From NCBI GenBank assembly GCA_038131245.1, contig JAYPPA010000005.1:11904-75903 (forward strand): a stretch of 64,000 nucleotides of DNA, in the 5' to 3' direction. Origin of the DNA: Rickettsia sp. Its GTDB lineage: Bacteria > Pseudomonadota > Alphaproteobacteria > Rickettsiales > UBA1997. The notes under the pieces were generated by a model that saw nothing but the letters and a program-made list of their open reading frames with translations, did no database searches and was not told the DNA's origin. This document shows positions 48,245 through 57,177 of this stretch, piece after piece. Both the position numbers and the translations under genes were made by a program. Within the stretch, counting starts at the first letter, position 1. Each line of letters opens with the position of its first letter.

Positions 48245-49132
48245 ATGACAAAAACACTAATATTTTCTTTCCCAGAATATAAAGATCTGACAGATAAGAT
48301 CAAAAAGCAACTCGACTTGGATTCTGGTGATTTAATAATACATCATTTTCCTGACAAGGAATCTTTTGTAAAGATTAATACTGATGTTAAGGATAAAAAA
48401 ATTATTCTAGTTTGTGGCCTTGATAATCCAAATCAAAAAGTCATGGCTTTAATGTTTTTTAGTGATCTAGCTAGAGAGCTTGGTGCCAAAGAAATCGGCC
48501 TTATTACTCCTTATTTGGGTTACATGAGGCAAGACATTAGATTCCATGAAGGCGAGGCGATCACCTCGAATATTTTTGCTAAATTCTTATCAAAACAAGT
48601 TGATTGGCTGGTAACAATTGATCCACATTTACATCGTCATAAATCACTAGACGAAATTTACCAAATACCAACAAAAGTAATCCATGCAAATGATATAATT
48701 GCGCTGTGGATTAAGAAAAATGTCGCAAAGCCGCTATTAATTGGCCCAGACAGCGAAAGCGAACAATGGGTATCCAGCATAGCAGAAAAATCCGCATCGC
48801 CATTCATAATTCTGTCTAAAACTAGACATGGCGATAAAAATGTCGAAATATCAATTCCAGATGTCGAAAAATACCAAGACCATACACCAATTTTGGTTGA
48901 TGATATTGCTTCCACAGCAAGAACCATGATTGAGACAGTAGGGCACTTGCATAAAGCACATATGAAATCAGCAATATGCATTGTGGTTCATGCCATTTTT
49001 GCTGGTGATGCTTATGAAGAGTTAAAAAAAGCCAAAGTTTCTAAAGTAATTAGCTGTAATACCATAAATCATGAATCTAATGAAATTGATGTTAGTGGCA
49101 TAATAGCCAGGGCAGTTAAAGAATTTATCTAA
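48245..49132 (+). CDS. Ribose-phosphate pyrophosphokinase family protein (divergent Prs-like)
   Basis: 295 aa. It has PYLGYMRQDIRF, TIDPHLH and ILVDDIASTARTM, a PRTase loop without the usual T-G-G-T. It starts 3 nt after the TP-like gene stop. Confidence 0.75.
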   Translation: MTKTLIFSFPEYKDLTDKIKKQLDLDSGDLIIHHFPDKESFVKINTDVKDKKIILVCGLDNPNQKVMALMFFSDLARELGAKEIGLITPYLGYMRQDIRFHEGEAITSNIFAKFLSKQVDWLVTIDPHLHRHKSLDEIYQIPTKVIHANDIIALWIKKNVAKPLLIGPDSESEQWVSSIAEKSASPFIILSKTRHGDKNVEISIPDVEKYQDHTPILVDDIASTARTMIETVGHLHKAHMKSAICIVVHAIFAGDAYEELKKAKVSKVISCNTINHESNEIDVSGIIARAVKEFI

Positions 49133-49458
49133 GCCTTAATAATTTGTAAAATAATTCTAAAGTTATTAAAAAGCTAAAGCTGTACAAGACATTAATGAAT
49201 AGATGAGTAAAAGAGAGTCTTGACTTAGTTTCCTGACTTACTATGATATATATTCTGATCCTATAATGTATATTATGTAAACTAATATATTCAAAAGGCA
49301 ATCATAATATAAGAATCAAGCCGCGCCTTTTTATATTTTTACACCCCCTCTTTCTTAGCTTTTTCATTTAGTAAAACTTAAGTTTTTCCCCAGCTTCTTA
49401 CTTCTGGAGATTTTTAAATTTCCACCCTACCTTTTTTACCCCTTATCTAATTTTCTTA

Positions 49459-49487
49459 TTGACAAAAATATCTTTTTATTGGATAAT
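49459..49487 (+). promoter_or_regulatory. Near-consensus sigma70 promoter upstream of the orphan ORF
   Basis: TTGACA (49459-49464), a 17-nt spacer, then GATAAT (49482-49487). It lies 27 nt upstream of the ATG at 49515. Confidence 0.45.
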
Positions 49488-49514
49488 TAGATTAATAGAA
49501 AAGTTTTTTGCTTT

Positions 49515-49820
49515 ATGTGGGTATTGACATTGATGACTACGACTTTTATGATTCATATGCTTAGTTCTATGCATAGCGTGACATATTGCCGTGGAGACAT
49601 TATTGACATATACTACCCCGCAGATAGAGCCAACCTCGCCTATGATTCTGATTGTAGATACACAAAAACACTCATAACCTGTAATGATTGCGCACCTTTA
49701 TATATTCGCCGTAGCAGCTATGATAAGTTTGCCGAGTCTTACACTATATTAGGAATGAAACCTCCAGTACCACGAAGAACTGATACTGACAAAGTATTTG
49801 AACCTCTAAAAAATCAATAA
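49515..49820 (+). CDS. Orphan hypothetical protein (101 aa, 4 Cys), coding status uncertain
   Basis: A 101-codon ORF is long for a stop-codon-rich AT-biased genome. There is no obvious SD, and I recognised no family. By hand count GC is ~38%, against ~27-35% in the neighbouring stretches I spot-checked. Confidence 0.4.
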   Translation: MWVLTLMTTTFMIHMLSSMHSVTYCRGDIIDIYYPADRANLAYDSDCRYTKTLITCNDCAPLYIRRSSYDKFAESYTILGMKPPVPRRTDTDKVFEPLKNQ

Positions 49821-49822
49821 AA

Positions 49823-50254
49823 CTACCTTATGAAGCTGTTTCTTGAGATTTCATTTAAGCATGGATCAAGCTTGATTATTTCTTGATTTCTATTACCTTC
49901 AACTAGAATTATTGTTTCAGGTCCACTAGTGGTTATTTGCTTGATTTTTCCACTAATTTCAATAGCTTTTGCTGATTTATTGCATTTTTTAGGCTTGTGA
50001 GTTAGCATATTTCCAGAAGTAGAAAGTAGATCCTTATTTTGCTTAATAATGAAAAATGCCACAACAAGCACCGCTAGCACTATCCCAAGAGAATAGACGG
50101 TACTCTTAAGTAGTATTGACGACTTTTTATAATTTTTGTAATTATTATTGCGCGAATGATTATTTCTATTAAAACCTCTATCTCTTGAGTCTCTATTTGA
50201 AGAGTCAGAAGTTCTTCTTCTGTTATTGTTAGATGAATTATAGTCTTTTGTCAT
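49823..50254 (-). CDS. Hypothetical single-pass membrane protein with Arg/Asn/Ser-rich N-terminal tail
   Basis: 143 aa. The N-terminus is NSSNNNRRRTSDSSNRDSRDRGFNRNNHSRNNNYKNYKK, followed by a TM helix (VYSLGIVLAVLVVAFFII) and a ~75-aa C-terminal domain with 2 Cys. It lies 20 nt downstream of kbl on the same strand. Confidence 0.55.
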   Translation of the reverse strand: MTKDYNSSNNNRRRTSDSSNRDSRDRGFNRNNHSRNNNYKNYKKSSILLKSTVYSLGIVLAVLVVAFFIIKQNKDLLSTSGNMLTHKPKKCNKSAKAIEISGKIKQITTSGPETIILVEGNRNQEIIKLDPCLNEISRNSFIR

Positions 50255-50274
50255 TTTTAATGTAGTTTAGTTAA

Positions 50275-51480
50275 TTATTTAATTACCTCTAATTTTTTAC
50301 CAACTTTGATAAATGAAGATATAGCTCTATCGATATGATCCAAATCATGAGCAGCAGAGATCTGAACCCTGATTCTGGCTTCACCTTTTGGAACCACTGG
50401 AAAAGAAAATGCAATAACATAGATATTTTCTTCCTCTATCATCATTTTAGCAAATTTTGAAGCCAAAATTTCGTCATAAAGCATAACAGCAACAACCGGA
50501 TGAGTGCTCGGACGGATATCAAAGCCAGCCTCATCCATTTTTTCACGAAAATATTTAGTATTTTCATCTAATTTTTCGATCAAGCTTTTTGACTTCTTTA
50601 TCATATTGATAATTTCAATACCAACAGCCGCAGTCGATGCAGGAATGTTATTGGAGAATAAATACGGCCTACTTTTGTTTCTTAATTTGTCAATTATTTC
50701 TTTTTTTGAGGCTATCACCCCTCCCCCAGCGCCACCAAAAGCCTTTCCAAGGGTTGTTGTTATTATGTCAACTCTGCCTTCGACTTCGCATAATTGATGA
50801 GTCCCTCTACCATCTTTGCCAGTAAATCCAGTGGCATGAGAATCATCAACTAAAACCATCGCCTCATATTTATCAGCCAAATCACATATTTCACTAAGCT
50901 TGGCAATATCTCCATCCATTGAAAACACACCATCAGTGACTATAACCTTGGTTTTTTGATCTTTTGCATCTTTAAGTTTCGCCTCTAGATCTTGCATATC
51001 ATCGAATTGATAAAAGAACCTTTTAGCCTTACAAAGCCTTATTCCATCGATTAAACTAGCGTGATTTAGGTTTGCAGATATTATTGCATCATTTTCATCA
51101 AAAAGCGACGCAAAAACACCATTATTAGCCGCAAAACACGAAGAATAAGTAATTGAATCTTCAAATCCTAGGAATTTAGCGAATTCTTGCTCGAATTTTT
51201 TATGTATATCTTGAGTACCACAGATAAATCTTACCGACGCGGTGCCAAAGCCATACTCATCAAGGGATTTTTTGGCGGTTTTTATAAGATCTTCATTATC
51301 AGCCAGCCCAAGATAATTATTTGCACAAAAATTGAGCATATTCTTCTTATTTGAGCCTTGAATTACCTCAATTTGAGAAGATTGTTTGCTGGTGATTTTA
51401 TACTCACTTTTATATAAACCAGTGTTCTTTAAACCCTCAATTTCATCTTTAATGCTGTTAAGAAATTCTTGTTTTATCAT
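50275..51480 (-). CDS. kbl: Glycine C-acetyltransferase (2-amino-3-ketobutyrate CoA ligase), alpha-oxoamine synthase family
   Basis: 401 aa. SVRFICGTQDIH, DDSHATGF, the PLS-lysine context TLGKAFGG and GEARIRVQISAAH favour Kbl over BioF. Confidence 0.8.
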   Translation of the reverse strand: MIKQEFLNSIKDEIEGLKNTGLYKSEYKITSKQSSQIEVIQGSNKKNMLNFCANNYLGLADNEDLIKTAKKSLDEYGFGTASVRFICGTQDIHKKFEQEFAKFLGFEDSITYSSCFAANNGVFASLFDENDAIISANLNHASLIDGIRLCKAKRFFYQFDDMQDLEAKLKDAKDQKTKVIVTDGVFSMDGDIAKLSEICDLADKYEAMVLVDDSHATGFTGKDGRGTHQLCEVEGRVDIITTTLGKAFGGAGGGVIASKKEIIDKLRNKSRPYLFSNNIPASTAAVGIEIINMIKKSKSLIEKLDENTKYFREKMDEAGFDIRPSTHPVVAVMLYDEILASKFAKMMIEEENIYVIAFSFPVVPKGEARIRVQISAAHDLDHIDRAISSFIKVGKKLEVIK

Positions 51481-51506
51481 TTTAATGTTCTTTATTTAAG
51501 AAAAAT

Positions 51507-51535
51507 TTGACATTATTACCTATTTTAATTATAAT
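51507..51535 (+). promoter_or_regulatory. Consensus sigma70 promoter upstream of thiL
   Basis: TTGACA (51507-51512), a 17-nt spacer, then TATAAT (51530-51535). Confidence 0.5.
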
Positions 51536-51601
51536 ATATTTAAAGATAAAAAGCAAGTATAGTTGACTATAATCGTTTTTTTAACATTTTAAGAAGTAAC
51601 A

Positions 51602-52591
51602 ATGAAAGAGTTTGATTTTATAAATAAATATCTTAGGCCTTTAGCTATTGATAGCAAAGCCTCTTTTGCCCTTGGGGAGGATGTTGCTATGCCGTATTTA
51701 GTCGATAAAGGCAATGAAATCGTGGTTTCTAAGGATTTATTTGTTGAAAATGTTCATTTTTTGGCGAGCGACAACCCTAAAGATATAGCCTCAAGGTTGA
51801 TTTTGAGTAATATTTCCGATATTGCTTCTTGTGGGGCTTTGCCAAGATATTACATGCTTGGGCTGCCAAAAAGAAGTGACCTTATGGGTGGTTTTTATGA
51901 TGAATTTTGTTCTGAATTGGCTAAAATACAAGAGGAGTACAAGATTTCCTTGATTGGAGGAGATACTGTTGCGGCTAAAAATGATTTATTTTTTAGTGTT
52001 ACAATATTTGGAGAGGCTAAGTCCGGTAACTTTTTGCGAAGAAATGCGGCAAAACCCGAAGACTTGATATTTGTTACTGAGGATTTGGGCGGATCTTTTT
52101 TGGGCTTACAAGATAAGCTAGGTAATGATAAATTGTCAATTTTGGATGAATCTGAGTTAAAATATGCAAAAGAATGTCACAATAGGCCGAAAATTCCTAT
52201 TTTATTTGCTAGTGCCCTACTTTGTGAAGGAATTTCCAGTTGCGCTATAGATATTTCAGATGGTCTTGTGGCTGATTTGAATCACATTTGCCAAGAGTCA
52301 AAGGTGGGTGCAAATTTATATCTTGATAAAATTCCTGTTTGCAAGGCTGGATTAAGGTTGATTAATGAGGGTGTTTTTGATAAAATAGATTTAATTAATG
52401 GCGGTGAAGATTATCGACTTTTATTTACTTTAAATAAAGACAGGAAAAATGATGTTTTTACTCTTGCAAATAGATTTAAAATAGGTTTAAATTATATAGG
52501 AGATATAACTTCTTTAAAAGCTCCTCGGGTAGAGTTGCTTGACGATAAAGGTCAAAATATTAAATTAAATTACTTAGGATATGAGCATTAA
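51602..52591 (+). CDS. thiL: Thiamine-monophosphate kinase
   Basis: 329 aa with an AIR-synthase-like fold. It has GEDVAM, NISDIASCGA, LIGGDT and DISDGL motifs. Confidence 0.85.
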   Translation: MKEFDFINKYLRPLAIDSKASFALGEDVAMPYLVDKGNEIVVSKDLFVENVHFLASDNPKDIASRLILSNISDIASCGALPRYYMLGLPKRSDLMGGFYDEFCSELAKIQEEYKISLIGGDTVAAKNDLFFSVTIFGEAKSGNFLRRNAAKPEDLIFVTEDLGGSFLGLQDKLGNDKLSILDESELKYAKECHNRPKIPILFASALLCEGISSCAIDISDGLVADLNHICQESKVGANLYLDKIPVCKAGLRLINEGVFDKIDLINGGEDYRLLFTLNKDRKNDVFTLANRFKIGLNYIGDITSLKAPRVELLDDKGQNIKLNYLGYEH

Positions 52592-53249
52592 GGATATTGA
52601 TTATGATGAAATAGCTGATGCTGGGGCTTTTAGAAGGTCTTTTGCAACTATGATAGATATATTTATCGTCTTTTTTGTTAGGATGTTTTTTGCGCAAATT
52701 TTAGCGTCTTTTTGGCTTTCCGATAGGCTGGCTTTGCTTGCTCAAGATTATAAGAATTTTTTTGATACTGAGGTGATTGACTCTCCGGACAAGGTTGCTT
52801 TTATACAGTCCCACCCTGTATTTGATGATATTTTGATATTTATTGCAATTCTTACGGTAATTGGTTCTATTTATTACGCCTATTTACATTCTTCAAATTA
52901 TCACGCTACTATTGGTAAAAGGCTGATGAAGGTTGAGGTTTTGAACTTGGATTATAGCAAAATATCGTTTTTCAAAGCTTTTTTGATTTACTATTTTTCT
53001 CTTGTTCCAATTATTTATGCTACATATATATTAAGCTATACATACTCAGCAAAGGTAAGTTTAATGGCTGGAATGTTTCATAATATATATAATATTATTT
53101 TTACATTAATAATAATTGCACTATCAGCAACCTTTTCTTCTGGCCTTAGAAGACACATGGGATTTGATATTGTCTTAAAAATAGTTTATTTAAATAATAA
53201 AACTGATTCAAAATACCCTTGGAAGTCAAAAGATAATGTCGAAAAATAA
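52581..53249 (+). CDS. RDD-family membrane protein
   Basis: It has FRRSFATMIDIFIV (the R..D part of the RDD pattern), three TM segments and a central ATIGKRLMKVEV motif. It overlaps thiL by 11 nt. Confidence 0.55.
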   Translation: MSIKDIDYDEIADAGAFRRSFATMIDIFIVFFVRMFFAQILASFWLSDRLALLAQDYKNFFDTEVIDSPDKVAFIQSHPVFDDILIFIAILTVIGSIYYAYLHSSNYHATIGKRLMKVEVLNLDYSKISFFKAFLIYYFSLVPIIYATYILSYTYSAKVSLMAGMFHNIYNIIFTLIIIALSATFSSGLRRHMGFDIVLKIVYLNNKTDSKYPWKSKDNVEK

Positions 53250-56229
53250 ATATATCACATTTTTTAAAAATATTAAATTCAACAAGTCCATTGACTTTGT
53301 TTATAGAATTTTTAATGTTATTAAAGCTAATGTTTTTGAGTTATATAAATTTAATATTGCAATTGTTGTAATATTTTCTCTTATATTAAGTTACTACCTA
53401 ATCTTAGTTCAGATTAAGCCATTTTCTAGTCCTTATCTCAAAGAAACTATTTCTGATTTTTTAGCCAAAGAGGCTGGACAGAATTTTGCAATAGATGATG
53501 TTTTGGTTTCATTTACCAGTGGAGGACTTGTTAAGCTTGATATGCAAAATATATCTTCGGGTAATTTGCCAAATGCAATTAGCGAATCTTTAGTTGAAAT
53601 TCCTAGTATTTCCTTTGCCTTTCCTATTTATCGATTGCTTTTCTTTAATTTTTTACCATCGGTGCTATTAATTGAAGATGCGAACTTTGTAGTAAATAGC
53701 GCCGACGATCCATTTAGCTTAATTCACAAGATTAAACCATCATCAAGTGGCACTAATCAATCAGGCTTTATATATTCTTTATTTAGCTCAATAAAACATG
53801 TTAAGCTTTTTAACATATCTATTGAATTAAATAATAAAAAAAAGGGATCGACATCCTTTTTTATTCCTGACGCGAAGTTTAATATTAAAATAAAAAATAA
53901 TATTAGAGTGTCAAGTGATGTAAGTGTTGAGTATGGAGGATCTCCTAATAACAGAAAAAGTTTTGATGTTGATGCTCATTGTGATTTAGAAAAAATTTCC
54001 CTCGATGGAAGTTGTAGATTATTTTCATCTAATTTTGATTTAAATTTACTATCTAAGGTGTCTACTCAGCCTACAATTCTTGATTCTATAGAGTCAAGTT
54101 CATTTTTTGGAGTAATTTTTTCTAAAAGCAAGGGTGTAAAGAAGGTTTCGGTTAATTCTGATTCTTCATATTTTAATTTTAAGGCTAAGGGTGTTTTTTC
54201 AAAACCTTTAAATTTAAGGGATTTAAAATTTGACTTAACTTATGATTTTTTATCTGACTTACTTGACTTAAAGTCTCTTGAGGCGAAAATTTTAATGAAA
54301 AAAAAGGAAAGGGATCTTAGTGTAATTGAAAAAAGTTATTACTACGCTAATTTAGAGTCTGATCTTAAGATTTTTGGATTAAATAATTATAGCAACTCAG
54401 ATGTGAATCTTAAATTGTCAAATATTGATGCAGCTGATATAGAAAGACTCTGGCCGTTGTTTTTACCTCGTCAAGATATTAGACACTGGGTTACTAGTCA
54501 TTTTTCCTCAGGGGTACTGTCTTCTGGGTCTTTAAATATAAAGCATTCCAAGGTAAATGGCATTGCAAAGCTTGATAAACTAACATCACAAGTTAATTTC
54601 CAGGATATGACCCTTAACTATTCTAGTAACTTTCCTGAGATTAAAGATATGAATTTTAAACTTATATTTACTGAGAATTCTATGTTTGCAGATATTGCTT
54701 CTGCTTCAGTGCTAAGGTCAAAAATATCCAATGCAACAGTTGCTATAAACGATTTTTCAAATCCAATTCTCGATATACATGCTCATAAAGTTGGCTATGC
54801 GGTTGATTCTTTTGCGCATATTAACTATAAATCTGAGGAAATTAATGATAAATTTGCTAGCATTTTTCAAAATAGCAAGAGTGATTCAAATGTAAATATT
54901 AGATTTTCACTATCTGAAGAAAAATTGGATTTAAATAAGTTTCATATAGCAATTGATTCAAAGATTTTCAATACAGAAAATGATGTATTTACTGGAAATA
55001 TATCATTATCAACAAAAAAAAGCCTAGGGTCCGATACTTTCGTGTCTCATGTTAATTTAGACAAGGCATTTACTCACAAGAGAAATGTACTTGGAATAAA
55101 GAAGCTTCATGATGACAAGTTGAGCCTGAACTTTAATTTATCGATAGAAAAAGACCTACTAAAGCTTTCCTCTCTATTTTTAAAACTTAATTCTAAAAAT
55201 ACCGTTGAGTCTTCTTTTGTTTATAATAATAGGACTGAGAAATTTGAGAAAATACACTTAAAAAATTATGATATTGATAATGAATATACATTTAATTATA
55301 AATATGATGAAGGTGTCTCTGAGATAGCTTTAGATGGTAATGTGGTAACGCTAACATCTATAGATAATAATGCCGATAACAAGAAGGATAAGCAGCACCC
55401 CCTAGCTTTCTTCGATAAATTATACCTTAATGATTTTAATCTCAAGGTTGACATTAAGTACCTTTCCAGCTCGAATTTATTTTCAAAAGATATAAATATC
55501 GAGCTTCGATGCGAATCATATATATGTCGCAAGGGTTTATTTTTCTCAAAATATTCTAACAATAAAATGTTGACTGATTTCGTTATCTCAAGAAGTGACA
55601 AAAATACTTATAAAATTACCGGTGGAGTTGACAATGTTGGCTATCTTTTAGAGCTTTACAAAATATCAAGAAGTGTTAAAGACGGCAAATTTTCCGTTGA
55701 TATTAATCAAGTTGTAGATTCACAAAGAGAGGAGGTTTTGTATAATGGCAAAATAGAGCTGAAGGATAATATAACCATATACGATAATCCAACCATTAAA
55801 AGACTTGAATCAGATAGCATGTTTTTAACGATAAAGGACAAAATATTTTCAAATAATAAAACTACATTTTCCAGGCTTAAATCTGAGTTTATTATAAATC
55901 CTAAGCTTTCCATAATAAATGTTAAATCTTTAATAGCCAACAATCTTAAGATTGGGATAACCTCAAAGGGTTACTATGATTATCGATCTGGAAATGCTCG
56001 CTTTAAAGGAGCTATAATTCCTGGTTATATTGTAAATAATTTATTTGGAATTGGCAATATTCCAATTGTTGGAAATGTCGTATCCGGAGTCTTAACAGGA
56101 AGCAAAGATAGCGGTTTATTTGGCTTAAATTATGAATATACAATATTGTCTTATGAAAATGAACCTAAATTCAAGACCTTTCCAGCCAAAAGCTTCGTAC
56201 CCTCCTCTATTCAAAGTCTTTTTGACTAG
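53236..56229 (+). CDS. Large AsmA-like / YhdP-family envelope protein (N-terminal anchor, DUF3971-type)
   Basis: 997 aa with an N-terminal TM helix and a long beta-rich N/S/K-rich body. The C-terminal GNIPIVGNVVSGVLTGSKDSGLFGLNYEYTI is typical of AsmA-like C-terminal regions. Confidence 0.55.
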   Translation: MSKNKYITFFKNIKFNKSIDFVYRIFNVIKANVFELYKFNIAIVVIFSLILSYYLILVQIKPFSSPYLKETISDFLAKEAGQNFAIDDVLVSFTSGGLVKLDMQNISSGNLPNAISESLVEIPSISFAFPIYRLLFFNFLPSVLLIEDANFVVNSADDPFSLIHKIKPSSSGTNQSGFIYSLFSSIKHVKLFNISIELNNKKKGSTSFFIPDAKFNIKIKNNIRVSSDVSVEYGGSPNNRKSFDVDAHCDLEKISLDGSCRLFSSNFDLNLLSKVSTQPTILDSIESSSFFGVIFSKSKGVKKVSVNSDSSYFNFKAKGVFSKPLNLRDLKFDLTYDFLSDLLDLKSLEAKILMKKKERDLSVIEKSYYYANLESDLKIFGLNNYSNSDVNLKLSNIDAADIERLWPLFLPRQDIRHWVTSHFSSGVLSSGSLNIKHSKVNGIAKLDKLTSQVNFQDMTLNYSSNFPEIKDMNFKLIFTENSMFADIASASVLRSKISNATVAINDFSNPILDIHAHKVGYAVDSFAHINYKSEEINDKFASIFQNSKSDSNVNIRFSLSEEKLDLNKFHIAIDSKIFNTENDVFTGNISLSTKKSLGSDTFVSHVNLDKAFTHKRNVLGIKKLHDDKLSLNFNLSIEKDLLKLSSLFLKLNSKNTVESSFVYNNRTEKFEKIHLKNYDIDNEYTFNYKYDEGVSEIALDGNVVTLTSIDNNADNKKDKQHPLAFFDKLYLNDFNLKVDIKYLSSSNLFSKDINIELRCESYICRKGLFFSKYSNNKMLTDFVISRSDKNTYKITGGVDNVGYLLELYKISRSVKDGKFSVDINQVVDSQREEVLYNGKIELKDNITIYDNPTIKRLESDSMFLTIKDKIFSNNKTTFSRLKSEFIINPKLSIINVKSLIANNLKIGITSKGYYDYRSGNARFKGAIIPGYIVNNLFGIGNIPIVGNVVSGVLTGSKDSGLFGLNYEYTILSYENEPKFKTFPAKSFVPSSIQSLFD

Positions 56230-57164
56230 AGATTCATATATTGATCAATTCGCCTTGAATATATCTCGATAAAGGTTCTTTTTCTTAAGTTTGTTAAGAA
56301 GCCTTCCCCATCAGATATCTTTAAAGACTCATATATTTCTCTTTGTGCAATTTCATAATCTTTTTTAGATATGTTATTTGAAAATATCTTCTCTTTTATT
56401 TTAAACATAACAAGATTATCATCAAATAAGATAGGTTTAGTATAAGTTTTACCCTTATCTGCCATTAAAACTTTGTAGATTTTTTTATCCAATGTTGATT
56501 TAGAAACCCATCCAATATCTTGAAAGTCAAATAATATTCCCTGCTCTTTATAAATCTCAAGTACATCTTTGGTTTCATCATTATTTACAAGTTCCTGGTG
56601 GAGCTTTTCTATCATCAGTTTATTATTTTTCGAATTTTTTATTTTAATTTGAGAGATATTAAACTTAAATTCCTCAGTATCCTTATCAAGGTGCTCTAAA
56701 GTCTCGATAATTTGCGGATTGTTAATTTGATTTATTGACGGCTTAACCAGCTCTACAAGAATTTTTGACCAAATTAAGTTGGTTTTAATCTTGTTTCGTA
56801 GTATTTCTTTTTCTGACGAATCTAGTTTTTTATATAATTTTGGTTGCCCGTGCTTTACTCTACTCATAATTGCCTCAAGCTCTTCTTGCGAGATTTCCAT
56901 CCCAACCCTTTGGGCTTCTTGGCTGATCATAGCCTCTTCTATAATATCATCAAGAGTATTATATATCAAAGATTTTTTGGATAAGGTTTTACTTAAGGGG
57001 TTGTGGTTTTTTTCAAATTGCACCCTACTATCAAGCTCCTTTAGCGTTATAATTTGATTATTAACCCTAGAAACAATTACAGCAGGCTTAGAATGTAATG
57101 CAGCATTTCCCCAAAGCAACAATATCAGACTCAGCAGTAAGGTCTTAAAGCAAAATTTGGGCAT
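56226..57164 (-). CDS. SurA-like periplasmic chaperone (SurA N-domain plus degenerate parvulin domain)
   Basis: It has a signal peptide and the SurA_N-like region VIVSRVNNQIITLKELDSRV...MISQEAQRVGMEISQEELE. A weak parvulin-like segment (DIGWVSKSTLDKKIYKVL) follows. Confidence 0.6.
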   Translation of the reverse strand: MPKFCFKTLLLSLILLLWGNAALHSKPAVIVSRVNNQIITLKELDSRVQFEKNHNPLSKTLSKKSLIYNTLDDIIEEAMISQEAQRVGMEISQEELEAIMSRVKHGQPKLYKKLDSSEKEILRNKIKTNLIWSKILVELVKPSINQINNPQIIETLEHLDKDTEEFKFNISQIKIKNSKNNKLMIEKLHQELVNNDETKDVLEIYKEQGILFDFQDIGWVSKSTLDKKIYKVLMADKGKTYTKPILFDDNLVMFKIKEKIFSNNISKKDYEIAQREIYESLKISDGEGFLTNLRKRTFIEIYSRRIDQYMNL

Positions 57165-57177
57165 AAGAACCTCCCTT

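Noticed and set aside
49293-49340. Intrinsic terminator in the long spacer
   Set aside because: The stem is only 7 bp and mostly A-T, with a 25-nt loop, so it is too weak to call as a feature. It is mentioned only as a possible 3' end for a hypothetical sRNA.
51481-51601. Possible TPP riboswitch upstream of thiL (and likewise at 6759-6828 upstream of thiS)
   Set aside because: No CUGAGA/ACCUGAUCUGGAU-like elements are present. The spacers are short and consist of promoter-like AT-rich sequence.
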